This document shows, in pieces, positions 18,476 to 27,988 of a stretch of DNA of 64,000 nucleotides. The stretch's first letter is position 1. The number at the start of each line of letters is the position of its first letter. The notes under the pieces were generated by a model. It made no database searches. It worked only from the letters and a program-made list of their open reading frames with translations, and had not been told where the DNA came from. Source of the DNA: Planctomycetaceae bacterium (GTDB lineage Bacteria > Planctomycetota > Planctomycetia > Pirellulales > Pirellulaceae). The stretch lies in assembly GCA_024225195.1 (NCBI GenBank), contig JAAEMV010000181.1:312-64311 (forward strand), read 5' to 3'. A program made the position numbers and the translations under genes.

Positions 18476-18725
18476 TTTATCTCTTCAACTGCTGGTGTGG
18501 ATCAACTGCGAAAATGGATTCGAACCGGCATTCTAAAGAAACAACCGGATTTGTCGAAGGTGGGAATCGAAAGAACGTTGAGCGGCGAGATTTGAACCAG
18601 ACGGGCCGTTATCCGCTAATAATCTGGCTTTTGAGCCCTGAGAAAAGGGCATCTTCACCGGTTTTAATGTCGTTTGACTAGTGTTTCGCCAAGACCTTGT
18701 GCAATTTCGGCTTGCCTGCCGCGCT

Positions 18726-19514
18726 TCACTGTCCGTAGCGAGCCATAATTCGATTGGCAATTCCGGGAATCAAGCGATCCATCCAAACGATCAATCGGCC
18801 GCCATGAGTCAGGATGATTTCGTGTTTTCCCTTCTTCATTGCTCGAATTGTTTTTGAGGCAACGATCGACGGTGGCATTGCACCGCGTGTTTTCCAGTTC
18901 TTCCCGGTGGTGTCTTCGATGGCGTGATCAAAAAATTCGCTATCGGTGGTGCTCGGGCTAACGAGGAGTAGATCGATCGAATCGTTTGCTAATTCCGCTC
19001 TTAACGCGTCACTAAAGCCATGAAGTGCGAACTTGCTGGCGCAATATTCGCTTTTTAGAGGAGTCGCTCGGTGGGCCAAGACACTACTCATGTTTACGAT
19101 GAGAGGCGAGTGACCTTGCTTTAGTCGAGGAAGCGATACTCGAATCATTTCTGCGATCGCAAAGAAGTTAACTTCGAACACTTTGCGTAACCTACTCTCG
19201 GCTGACTCATCGAATCGCCCCATTGCACCTATTCCGGCATTGTTAACAAGTATATCTAGTCCACCGAATTCTCGATCAGCGACGTCGATGATTTCCTGCC
19301 GACAGGCTTCGGATGTAATATCTCCGACTAACGGGATGCAGGTGCCACCCTTTGACTGAATTTGTTTTGAAAGATCGTCAAGTAATTCAGCCCGCCGAGC
19401 GCACGCGATTACCGAAACGCCTTCGGCTGCTAATTGTTGAACCAGGTGCCAGCCGATGCCACTGGAGGCACCGGTAACAACGGCACGTTTGTTTTGAAGA
19501 TTTCGGTATGGCAT
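18726..19514 (-). CDS. SDR family oxidoreductase
   Basis: TGASSGIG cofactor motif, NNAG, and catalytic S...YxxxK (YCASK). ATG at 19514; the maximal ORF starts at TTG 19523. Confidence 0.87.
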   Translation of the reverse strand: MPYRNLQNKRAVVTGASSGIGWHLVQQLAAEGVSVIACARRAELLDDLSKQIQSKGGTCIPLVGDITSEACRQEIIDVADREFGGLDILVNNAGIGAMGRFDESAESRLRKVFEVNFFAIAEMIRVSLPRLKQGHSPLIVNMSSVLAHRATPLKSEYCASKFALHGFSDALRAELANDSIDLLLVSPSTTDSEFFDHAIEDTTGKNWKTRGAMPPSIVASKTIRAMKKGKHEIILTHGGRLIVWMDRLIPGIANRIMARYGQ

Positions 19515-19564
19515 ATTGGGCAAGACATCTTCGGTAAGGTGTGAAGTGTGCAGTGGGAAATTTT

Positions 19565-21043
19565 TTAGCTTCCGTCTCCATCTGTTTTTTCAGGAGTGTG
19601 CGGGCTGGATTCTTGTGGTCTAGCCAATTGCTCTGATGATTCAGGTTTGCTGTTCTCCAGTACCTCGTCCGGCTTGATCCAGCCTGCAGGACTGTGCGGC
19701 GTGATAATGGTGTCGGTGGGGTCGATTTGTCCCAGATATTTTTGAGGCAGTTTGCAGTGCACTTTCACCATGTCATCGGTGTACTGAGTGGAAATGACTT
19801 CGCCTTTGGCCGCAATGAACGCTAATAATTTCCCGTTCCCAACATGCAATTCAATATCAACATCTTGAAAAGAACGGCTGAGCGCTTCACTAACAGCAGA
19901 CTGAAGATTTTCGAACCCAAGTTTCGTTTTCGCACTTACAGAAATTGCATTGGGGTACCGGTTGAGCATTGAGTCGAGCACGGCAACGTCCGTTACCTGA
20001 TCGACTTTGTTGAGAACCAAAAGGGTATCTTTGGCTTCAACACCGAGCTCTGTCAGAACTTCATAAACGGAACTGATTTGATCACCGACTTTGGGGTTGC
20101 TCGCATCGGCGACGTGCAGCAACAGATCGGCTTGACGTGTTTCTTCGAGCGTTGCTTTGAAACTGGCGATTAAGCTATGCGGTAGGTTGCGAATAAAGCC
20201 AACGGTATCGCTTAATAAGATTGGCCCCCAGTTGGGCAGTGCCCAGCGTCGCGTGCGGGTATCGAGGGTGGCAAACAGTTTGTCTTCGGCCAAGACGTCA
20301 GCGGCAGTTAGCGAATTCATCAATGTGCTTTTGCCAGCATTGGTATAGCCAACCAGCGATACGGTCATCGTGCCACGTCGCGATGAGACTTGGCGTTCCT
20401 TACGCTTTTCAACTTTGCCTAACTCGACCTTTAGGTCATGGATCCGTTTTTCAACTAATCTGCGGTCAGTTTCAAGTTGTTTTTCACCCGGTCCTCTCAT
20501 CCCGACACCCATTTTTAATCGAGAAAGGTGAGTCCACATTCGTTTCAGGCGTGGGAGCGAGTACTCCAGTTGAGCCAATTCAACCGCAAGGCGGGACTCG
20601 TAGGTTTGGGCATGTGTGGCAAAGATATCCAGGATCAACTCGGAGCGGTCAAGCACTTTGACGTTGAGTGCGATTTCAAGATTGCGATTCTGGGCGGGCG
20701 ACAGATCGTTATCAAAAATAACGACATCGGCAGCATGGAATTCGACCAGTTGCGTTAGTTCCTCGACTTTACCGCGTCCAAGATAAGTTGCGGTGTCAGG
20801 TTTCTCTCGTTTTTGAGTCAAGCCGGAAAGGACGATGGCGCCTGCAGTCTCTGCTAGGCCTTGGACTTCATCGAGTGGGTCAAATTCAATTGGATCATCG
20901 GGGAGGAGGACGCGAACGACAATCGCGATTTCCCGGTCGACTTGCTGAGCGCGTTTGCGGTCTTGCACGGTGGTTTTGGTTCTTTGAGTAAAAAGTAGAG
21001 GCCGGATGACGTTGTTGGAGAAATGCTTGTCGAGGTGGAGCAC
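19565..21043 (-). CDS. hflX: GTPase HflX
   Basis: HflX N-terminal domain (RAIVV.../FDNDLSPAQ..NLE), G-domain GYTNAGKST, DTVGF, NKVD. GTG start at the maximal ORF, so the start is uncertain. Confidence 0.9.
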   Translation of the reverse strand: MLHLDKHFSNNVIRPLLFTQRTKTTVQDRKRAQQVDREIAIVVRVLLPDDPIEFDPLDEVQGLAETAGAIVLSGLTQKREKPDTATYLGRGKVEELTQLVEFHAADVVIFDNDLSPAQNRNLEIALNVKVLDRSELILDIFATHAQTYESRLAVELAQLEYSLPRLKRMWTHLSRLKMGVGMRGPGEKQLETDRRLVEKRIHDLKVELGKVEKRKERQVSSRRGTMTVSLVGYTNAGKSTLMNSLTAADVLAEDKLFATLDTRTRRWALPNWGPILLSDTVGFIRNLPHSLIASFKATLEETRQADLLLHVADASNPKVGDQISSVYEVLTELGVEAKDTLLVLNKVDQVTDVAVLDSMLNRYPNAISVSAKTKLGFENLQSAVSEALSRSFQDVDIELHVGNGKLLAFIAAKGEVISTQYTDDMVKVHCKLPQKYLGQIDPTDTIITPHSPAGWIKPDEVLENSKPESSEQLARPQESSPHTPEKTDGDGS

Positions 21044-21142
21044 ACCGCTGAAGGTAGGCCACCAAATCCAAGTGAGTCTAGTATAGCCGATGGAAAGTGT
21101 TTAGCTAAGCCATTGAGAGTTAGCGAACGAGGTAGCGAGTTT

Positions 21143-22144
21143 TTAAGATTTTGATTCCTTAATCTCCTCGTTGCCTTTTTCTTTTGGAATCTCTTTTGAC
21201 TTTTTAGGTTCAATTCTTTTTCCAGGTTTGAGGATCACATAGACCTTCGTCTCCAGCGGTGGAATGTTTTCCTCAAAAGCTTCGAATAGGAGGCCCTCAT
21301 TCGATTGACTGCTTTGAATGTTGAGGTCGATGGTCGCCGTTGAAAAGTTTGAGAGACAGATTAGCTCGCCAGCGTCTCCATAATAGATCTGTTGTGTGGA
21401 AGCAGGGTCGTCCCAGAACTGGCTGCCGCCGAAGACCCATAATTGTTCCATTGCTTTTTCTGTTTTGACGTTGCGAATCCAGTTTTTTGCAGAAGTCGTT
21501 TTGACTTTTCCGGATTCTGCATCTTTCCATTTCAACGTAATTTCAATGGTAGGGCCGTAGGCTGCTCGATATTCCGGATCCCAAGAAGTCGTTTTGCCAG
21601 GATTTGCTCCGAGTGCGACTAGGGCCAGGTGAACCTGAAGCGCTTTCGCGTGAGCTGAGATAACTGATTCGTGTTCTTTTGTTTGTGCCGGACAGACGAA
21701 CATCTCCAAAGGTCCGGCGTTGAGGCAGACGTGCCCTGCGAAGATTACTTCTTTTGAATTGACATCAATCCAAATCTCTTCCTTTTTACCAAGCCGCTTC
21801 CAGGTTTTAGGGATGTCGATTGTTTGTAGTTCTTTTGGTGGATCGGATTCGGGTTGCTGCGGTTCTGGTGTCGTTTCTAAATCTATCACGCGATCGGCCG
21901 CCGGCTCGACCGGATCAATCGCGGGTTTCTTGATCTCAGGTTTTTTATTCTCTGAGTCAGCGGGTGATTCGGAGGCCGGAGGAACGGCTGCCGGGGAGGC
22001 TTGCTCTTGAGTTGTGTTTTCTGTTGAGTTTGGTTGCTTGGGATCGGAGAGAATTGATTCGGGGCGTGAATCGCAGCCAGTGAGAACAAGACAAAGGGCC
22101 GTCGAAACTAACATGGCTTGCCAGATAAAGAGATTGGAGGTCAT
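21143..22144 (-). CDS. Secreted lipoprotein of unknown function with a Pro/Glu-rich linker
   Basis: Lipobox LVLTGC, then a low-complexity P/E/S linker, then a ~230-aa globular domain (…GHVCLNAGPLEMFVCPAQTKEHESV…). Start set at ATG 22144. Confidence 0.62.
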   Translation of the reverse strand: MTSNLFIWQAMLVSTALCLVLTGCDSRPESILSDPKQPNSTENTTQEQASPAAVPPASESPADSENKKPEIKKPAIDPVEPAADRVIDLETTPEPQQPESDPPKELQTIDIPKTWKRLGKKEEIWIDVNSKEVIFAGHVCLNAGPLEMFVCPAQTKEHESVISAHAKALQVHLALVALGANPGKTTSWDPEYRAAYGPTIEITLKWKDAESGKVKTTSAKNWIRNVKTEKAMEQLWVFGGSQFWDDPASTQQIYYGDAGELICLSNFSTATIDLNIQSSQSNEGLLFEAFEENIPPLETKVYVILKPGKRIEPKKSKEIPKEKGNEEIKESKS

Positions 22145-22372
22145 TGTCAGATTTCGATTTGGAGGAATTGGACTTAGGCTGGTTTTAAAATCCGGGGTAT
22201 AGCCCCGACGACGGGACAGCATCGATTAAATTCTTACGTTTCGTTCTATCACCTACGAGCCTCGTTGGTAAGATGTTTGAATTACACAGGCTAATATCGT
22301 AACTGTGAAAGATTGAACTGAAGGGGATTTGATTTGACCGAGGAAAGGCTCCTTGGGCGATCGAGTGGCGTT

Positions 22373-24163
22373 ATGACGAAGAAATTTGAAGAAAACTTGG
22401 CAACTAGTTCTGCAGACAGTGTTGCAAAAGATTTGTTTTGTGAAATGGATTGGGGAAACAGCGAGTTTTTAGAATCGGTCCAGCCAGCGGCTATCAATCT
22501 CTCCGAATTGTTTAGTAGTGGTAAGACGTCGAACGCCGAATCCCCTTACTCCTGGATGATTGGTGGCAAAGTAAGCCCTGACGCGATTGATTCCGGTGAC
22601 CGCTGGCGTGTTAATTTAAATGTGCAATCTCAAGTTGCAGAGGTTGCCGATGAGGTTGTGAAAGCAGTTCAAAATTACTCCCTGAACTCTACATGTGTGT
22701 CCGAGGCCTACCTTGTGTTAGCCGCGTCTTATTCGGTTCGAAAGCTCGTTGGGAAATCTGACTTTGTTCAATGGCAAGGCACAGTGGACCGCTTGTTTGA
22801 TATCTCAAAAGCGATAGAGAGTAATTCTGAGATTTCCATGGAAGCCTACCAGTGGTTGGCGATTGAGTTGCCGCTCGTGGTGTCTTGCCAGTTTCCAGAA
22901 TGGGATGGGCGTCAGTTCTGGGCACTAGAAGCAATTCGAAAGATGGGCCTCTCGATTTCAGAATTGCTGGATCATGACGGTTGGCCCACCACGCGTTGCC
23001 TGCCCAGTTTTGGAGTGCTGGCCGCTAGTTGGGTACGCTGTCAGTTGATCGTTGATGCGATGAAAGACAAGTCAGTCCTGACGCACGACACTGGTCTTGA
23101 TGTGGTATCTCAGTTGGAATGGATGGTGCGTCAAGTAATAAGAATGATGCGTTTTGATCGAAAACTAGTTTTTTCAGGCCATGATTCATCGGTAGCAAGT
23201 AAAGCATTTTTGAGATGTCTGTTAAAGCTCTCAAGTGACAGAGATGACAAATTATTATTAAAGCAAGGGAGGGGGAAAGCTGAAAAAACATCAGGGGAAT
23301 CCGGTTCCGCGAATGCCCTTGGTATCGACGCCAGTAATGTCTCGGAATGGAGTGAGTCAGCGCTAATGCGCTCAGATTGGAGTCGAAACTCGCCGAGACT
23401 GGCCGTTAATTTTTCGAATGGGAAAATCTTCAGTGAGCTAAGCCGGAAAAGCGGGCTCATCAGTGGTGAAACCACTCCGGAGATTTTGGCAGACGGAAAG
23501 CCACTGAGTTCTAGTGCCGCGTTTGAAATTAGCTGCACCCAAAGCGATGAGGCAATTGAGTATTTGGAATTGGAGAAAAAGCTTGACGGCGGAGGATTGT
23601 TGACCCGGCAGTTTCTACTTTCTAACGTCGACCGTTTCTTACTGATCGCGGACGCAGTTGTCATTCCCGCAGAGGCGGAGTTAGGTTACCGCTGTTCATT
23701 TCCATTTGCGAAGGAAATAGAAGGTCTGCGGGAATCTGAAACCACGGAGATGTATTTGTTGAAGAAAGGTAAGATACAATCGCTCGTTCTTCCTTTGGCA
23801 TTGCCCGAGTGGAAGGTGGCGCGAACCAAGCATTCGTTCGAGATCGTCGGAGACGCCATTAAGTTAACGCAGAATTGTTACGGAAGCGGGCTCTACGCTC
23901 CATTGTTTTTTGATCTGGATCCAAAACGAAGTTGTAAAAAAAGGACCTGGCGGTCGTTGACCGTCGCTGAAAACTTGAATCGCATCCGTAGCGATGACGG
24001 TGCTGCCTTTCGAGTGCATCTTAATAAACAGCAATGGTTCTTTTACCGATCGTTGGCGACCAAAGGGAACCGGACATTTTTTGGGGAAAATTTTACTGGA
24101 GAATTCTTGTTTAGCCAGTTTTCGAAAAACGGTTCGGTAGAGCGCTTGATGGAGATTGAGTAA
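22373..24163 (+). CDS. Hypothetical protein (~596 aa), no recognised motif
   Basis: Long uninterrupted ORF with protein-like composition and no signal peptide. First ATG at 22373; the maximal ORF starts at TTG 22334. I could not identify a family. Confidence 0.6.
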   Translation: MTKKFEENLATSSADSVAKDLFCEMDWGNSEFLESVQPAAINLSELFSSGKTSNAESPYSWMIGGKVSPDAIDSGDRWRVNLNVQSQVAEVADEVVKAVQNYSLNSTCVSEAYLVLAASYSVRKLVGKSDFVQWQGTVDRLFDISKAIESNSEISMEAYQWLAIELPLVVSCQFPEWDGRQFWALEAIRKMGLSISELLDHDGWPTTRCLPSFGVLAASWVRCQLIVDAMKDKSVLTHDTGLDVVSQLEWMVRQVIRMMRFDRKLVFSGHDSSVASKAFLRCLLKLSSDRDDKLLLKQGRGKAEKTSGESGSANALGIDASNVSEWSESALMRSDWSRNSPRLAVNFSNGKIFSELSRKSGLISGETTPEILADGKPLSSSAAFEISCTQSDEAIEYLELEKKLDGGGLLTRQFLLSNVDRFLLIADAVVIPAEAELGYRCSFPFAKEIEGLRESETTEMYLLKKGKIQSLVLPLALPEWKVARTKHSFEIVGDAIKLTQNCYGSGLYAPLFFDLDPKRSCKKRTWRSLTVAENLNRIRSDDGAAFRVHLNKQQWFFYRSLATKGNRTFFGENFTGEFLFSQFSKNGSVERLMEIE

Positions 24164-24283
24164 AAATTGTTGAGAGGTTGTCTGATTGATGCTTAGCCGT
24201 GGTTGGTCTGGATTAGATACCGAGCAGGGCTGAATTGCTAAGGTTAATTACGTTCGTGAAGGTTTGAGTATCGAGATTGGATC

Positions 24284-24979
24284 ATGGAAGAACAACTTGC
24301 AGAAAACGTGGCGACGGTTCAGCAACAAATTGCCGAGGCGGCGAAGCGTTCCGGACGAGATGCTTCGGATGTCTGTCTTGTCGGTGTCACAAAGTATGTC
24401 GACGTAGCAACGACTCGGGCTCTGGTTGCCGCGGGATGCCGCACTCTCGGAGAAAATCGCCCTCAGGTTCTTTGGGAAAAGTCCAGTGAAATGCAGGATC
24501 TCGATGTGCGTTGGCACATGATTGGGCATCTTCAGCGAAACAAAGTAAAGCGGACGGTTGAATCGACTGCACTGATTCATTCATGCGATAGTCTCAGGCT
24601 GCTTAAGTCGATCCATGAAGCGGGATTGCAGTCCGGTAAACTGGTAGACGTTTTGCTGGAGGTTAACGTGTCTGGCGAAGTGGCGAAGCACGGGTTTTCC
24701 CCGGAGGAAATGGCGTCGGTGATTGAGGCGGTCGAACCGCTGACCAGTTTGCGAGTGACCGGGTTGATGTGTATGGCTGGGTTAGGCAGTGGTCAGCAAG
24801 ATGTGCGTCGGGAATTTGATTTGCTTCGTGAACTGCGGGAGTCAAACCGGGAGGACGCCCCCCCGAACGTAGAACTACGTGAATTATCGATGGGGATGAG
24901 CAGGGATTTTGAGGTTGCAATCGAGGCGGGGGCAACGTTGGTTCGCGTGGGGTCGTCGTTGTTTCGGGGGCTGCGATAA
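24284..24979 (+). CDS. yggS: YggS-family pyridoxal-phosphate homeostasis protein
   Basis: 231 aa. LVGVTKY (PLP lysine), GENRPQ, WHMIGHLQRNKVK, LSMGMSRDFEVAIEAGATLVRVGSSLF. Confidence 0.92.
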   Translation: MEEQLAENVATVQQQIAEAAKRSGRDASDVCLVGVTKYVDVATTRALVAAGCRTLGENRPQVLWEKSSEMQDLDVRWHMIGHLQRNKVKRTVESTALIHSCDSLRLLKSIHEAGLQSGKLVDVLLEVNVSGEVAKHGFSPEEMASVIEAVEPLTSLRVTGLMCMAGLGSGQQDVRREFDLLRELRESNREDAPPNVELRELSMGMSRDFEVAIEAGATLVRVGSSLFRGLR

Positions 24980-25046
24980 CAGCTCAGGGATGGCCAGTCG
25001 GGAATCGACTTATTCAGGGGAACATAGTGGTTCCACAGCCAGCATG

Positions 25047-25086
25047 AACAAAAAAACGGCCGCTCCCGATAAAGGAACGGCCGTTT
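25047..25086 (-). terminator. Intrinsic terminator for the POT transporter gene (weakly bidirectional)
   Basis: 9-bp stem AAACGGCCG (25054-25062) / CGGCCGTTT (25078-25086) with a 15-nt loop. On the minus strand it is followed by a T7 run (A-run 25047-25053 on plus). Confidence 0.6.
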
Positions 25087-25103
25087 ATCGATCGGTTAAA
25101 AGA

Positions 25104-26729
25104 TTAGATATCGATACTTTCTCCAGAAGTATTCATTCCTGCAGCTTGTGGTTCAGCAAGCTCGCTTTGTCCTGCAAGGGAATGTTCTGCATCGCCAAGC
25201 GTGTCGAGATGCATTAGCTTTTTAATCAGCGGCGAGAGCAAAATCAGCACCACGCCGACAGCCACAGCGACCCAACCAATGGTCGTGTAGACCGAATTGA
25301 CGTTTTCGATGTAAGCAATAGCCTCAGGAGTTCCAGCTTCGATTTCGCCATCAGCACTGAGGCTTTCTGAGCCAGATGCTTGGGCAATCAATCCAGCAGC
25401 AAAGTTACCAGTCGCTGATGCGAAAAACCATGTTCCCATGATGATAGAAGCGAGATTGGCAGGTGCTAAGCGGTTCATCGCACTTAAGCCAACCGGAGAA
25501 AGACAAAGTTCGCCTGTGGTGTGAAGGAGGTAGATTAAGAAAATAAACAGAACTGGGATCAGGGCACCAGGCGCGACCGAGTTGGCACCAACAACCAAGA
25601 TCAGAAAACCGGCTCCCAATTGAATCATGCCAAGCCCAAATTTCGCACCGGCTGACGGTTCGAGTCCTCGAGCACCAAGAAACGTCCAAATGAATGCGAA
25701 AACAGGGGCAAGAAGAACGATGTAAATAGCATTGATCGATTGGAACATCGAAGCAGCAACGTCGAATCCAAATATATTTCGGTCAACCATGCGGTCAGTG
25801 AGAAGGGAAATTGAAGATCCTGCTTGCTCGAACAGCGCCCAAAAAAGGATCGAGCCGAAAATCAAAAACATACAGGCGAAAATTCGATCTCTTTCAACCG
25901 GCGTAAGTTTGACCACAGCGGTGAATAAAACGTAAAGGACAAGGAGTAGTCCTCCGATTCCCAGTAAGATACCGACGACTGCCTGATTCTGAACAAGCAG
26001 CCAGCAAATGATGACCGCGGCAATGCCGACGACGTACAAGAGCATCTCGAGAGGAAAGGACAAATTTGGATTAGTTGACTCGCCTCGACCATGGAGTAAC
26101 GGTTTGCCTAAGACGAAAACCACGAGCCCAAGGAGCATGCCGATTCCTGCTGCACCAAATCCGTAACCCCAGCCATAAGTTTCGCCAAGGTATCCACAGG
26201 CAATAGAACCCAGAGCGGCACCTAAATTGATACCCATGTAGAAGATGGTGTACGCACCATCTCGACGAATATCGGTCCTTGGGTAGAGCTGGCCGACGAT
26301 TACAGAAATGTTAGCCTTCAAGAAACCTGAGCCGACGATGATAAACGCCAGTGCGAGATAAAAGACTTGTACAGCAAAGCCTTCGTGTCCTGAGCCATCT
26401 CCTTCGAAGGCCATCAGACCGTGACCTAGCGTCAATAGAAGGGCCCCGAAAACGACCGCTTTTCTTTGGCCGATGAATTTATCAGCGAGGTAACCGCCTA
26501 AAACGGGCGTGATGTACACGAGAGATGTGTAGGCACCGTAGAGAACCGCAGAGTCCCCATCTGAGAAAAGCCAATGTTTGACGAGGTAGAACATGAGCAA
26601 TGCCCGCATTCCGTAGTAGGAGAATCGTTCCCACATCTCGGCAAAAAAGAGGACGGCGAGTCCCATCGGGTGACCGAAAAATCGCTTATCCGTAATTTCC
26701 GGAAGTTCGATTGAGTTTGCGTCGCTCAT
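25104..26729 (-). CDS. Proton-dependent oligopeptide transporter (POT/PTR2 family, DtpT-like)
   Basis: PTR2 signature region GHPMGLAVLFFAEMWERFSYYGMRALLMFYL plus about 14 TM segments. Start set at ATG 26729 (MSDANS...). Confidence 0.9.
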   Translation of the reverse strand: MSDANSIELPEITDKRFFGHPMGLAVLFFAEMWERFSYYGMRALLMFYLVKHWLFSDGDSAVLYGAYTSLVYITPVLGGYLADKFIGQRKAVVFGALLLTLGHGLMAFEGDGSGHEGFAVQVFYLALAFIIVGSGFLKANISVIVGQLYPRTDIRRDGAYTIFYMGINLGAALGSIACGYLGETYGWGYGFGAAGIGMLLGLVVFVLGKPLLHGRGESTNPNLSFPLEMLLYVVGIAAVIICWLLVQNQAVVGILLGIGGLLLVLYVLFTAVVKLTPVERDRIFACMFLIFGSILFWALFEQAGSSISLLTDRMVDRNIFGFDVAASMFQSINAIYIVLLAPVFAFIWTFLGARGLEPSAGAKFGLGMIQLGAGFLILVVGANSVAPGALIPVLFIFLIYLLHTTGELCLSPVGLSAMNRLAPANLASIIMGTWFFASATGNFAAGLIAQASGSESLSADGEIEAGTPEAIAYIENVNSVYTTIGWVAVAVGVVLILLSPLIKKLMHLDTLGDAEHSLAGQSELAEPQAAGMNTSGESIDI

Positions 26730-27527
26730 TAAAAATCCCCGTTTCAGGTTGTTTTGTCGCAAACGATCCGCAGCGAGTGGGGATCGAATTAATTTGTTGT
26801 TTTAGAGCGGCTTGGGCATTAACAAGGTTAAAACCCAGCCTTGAAGTGGTGGTTTGGCGCTCCAGTTCGCCCTTGAGTATTAGCGTTTCCAACAAAAAAT
26901 CACGCCAAACTCAGAGAAAGCCGACCAGGATTGGCCTAAATTTCCCCACTCCAAGTGCGTGAGTATAAAAAAGCTTGAACGAATTTACAACGATTGGCGA
27001 ATAGGATTCGTAATCTTTGTCGCGAATGAGACCGTCGATGATTAGCTACCCCGAATTACTGGAAAAGATTGACCGTTACTTTCAGGGTTAAACTACAGGG
27101 TTAAAGGCGTCTAGAGTTGGTCTGCTTTGGCGGTTTGCTGGGACGCTCCGGCTTCTAGCTTTGAAAACCTCACGTTTGGCAAGCCTCTCACGCAATTCTT
27201 TGAGTAGCAAATCATATGGCAGGGCAAACGCTAAATCGGTGGTAATCACCGATTAACGATGTTGGCTTCGAAATTTTGCCGTCGATCGTCAAACGAATAG
27301 CCTTGGATTTTCCGCTAAAAATTCAGCTCGGAAAGTCCGCCGAAAGCCAGTGTAGCAGCGAAAGAAGCGAGACACTGATTGCCCGCCCGAGTATCTGCTT
27401 GGACGACTGCGTCGGCAGAGATTGCATGTAGATCGACGTTAATTCGCTTCTCGCGGACCTCTCTGCCTGGGCTGCACCGCTTTGGCCCTATCGACATCTA
27501 TCTACAGTTTGGAGGTTGAGCCGTTCA

Positions 27528-27553
27528 GAATGGACGATTGGAATGGACGATTG
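27528..27553. repeat. 2 x 13-bp perfect tandem repeat (GAATGGACGATTG) in a long non-coding leader
   Basis: Read directly: 27528-27540 and 27541-27553 are identical. About 435 bp upstream of the protease start. Confidence 0.95.
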
Positions 27554-27988
27554 TCTTAGCGTCGTTTGCCGAGACTGACTAAGTTTCCGGTTGGGCTACC
27601 GAATTGCGGCGTGGGGAGATGGTTTACCCCCTTGGATTGACTGCTTTTTGGTTCGTTTTTTGCCGTAAATACAAGCGATTCCGGCCGAAAGGTAGGCCGA
27701 AAATTTTTCTTCATATGTTCCGAGAAATTTTTGCGAATGCGAGAATTTGAACTAACATGGCCTTCGGATGGGCATGCCGGTTGTACCGATTGTGAGGACG
27801 ATTACTTGTAAATTACGGCGACTTGTGGTCGAATTTACCGCATTATCGACATTTTACAGGACAGTTCGGCCGCAGAATCGTTTTTATCGTTACTTATTTG
27901 CACAAACATTTTCTGCCCATCCGTCGTTTTTACGTTTTCATCACTTCAAGTTTATCAGTTTGTTTCCCGCAATTATTTAGGCATCCAA

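Noticed and set aside
27325-27345. GGAAAGTCCG motif resembling the RNase P RNA CR-I/P4 element
   Set aside because: I could not find the other universally conserved RNase P blocks (AGGGCA-type P8/P9 region, GGGTGAAA, ACAGAA..GGCTTA) on either strand within several hundred nt. No complementary P4 3' strand is present either. It is probably a chance match.
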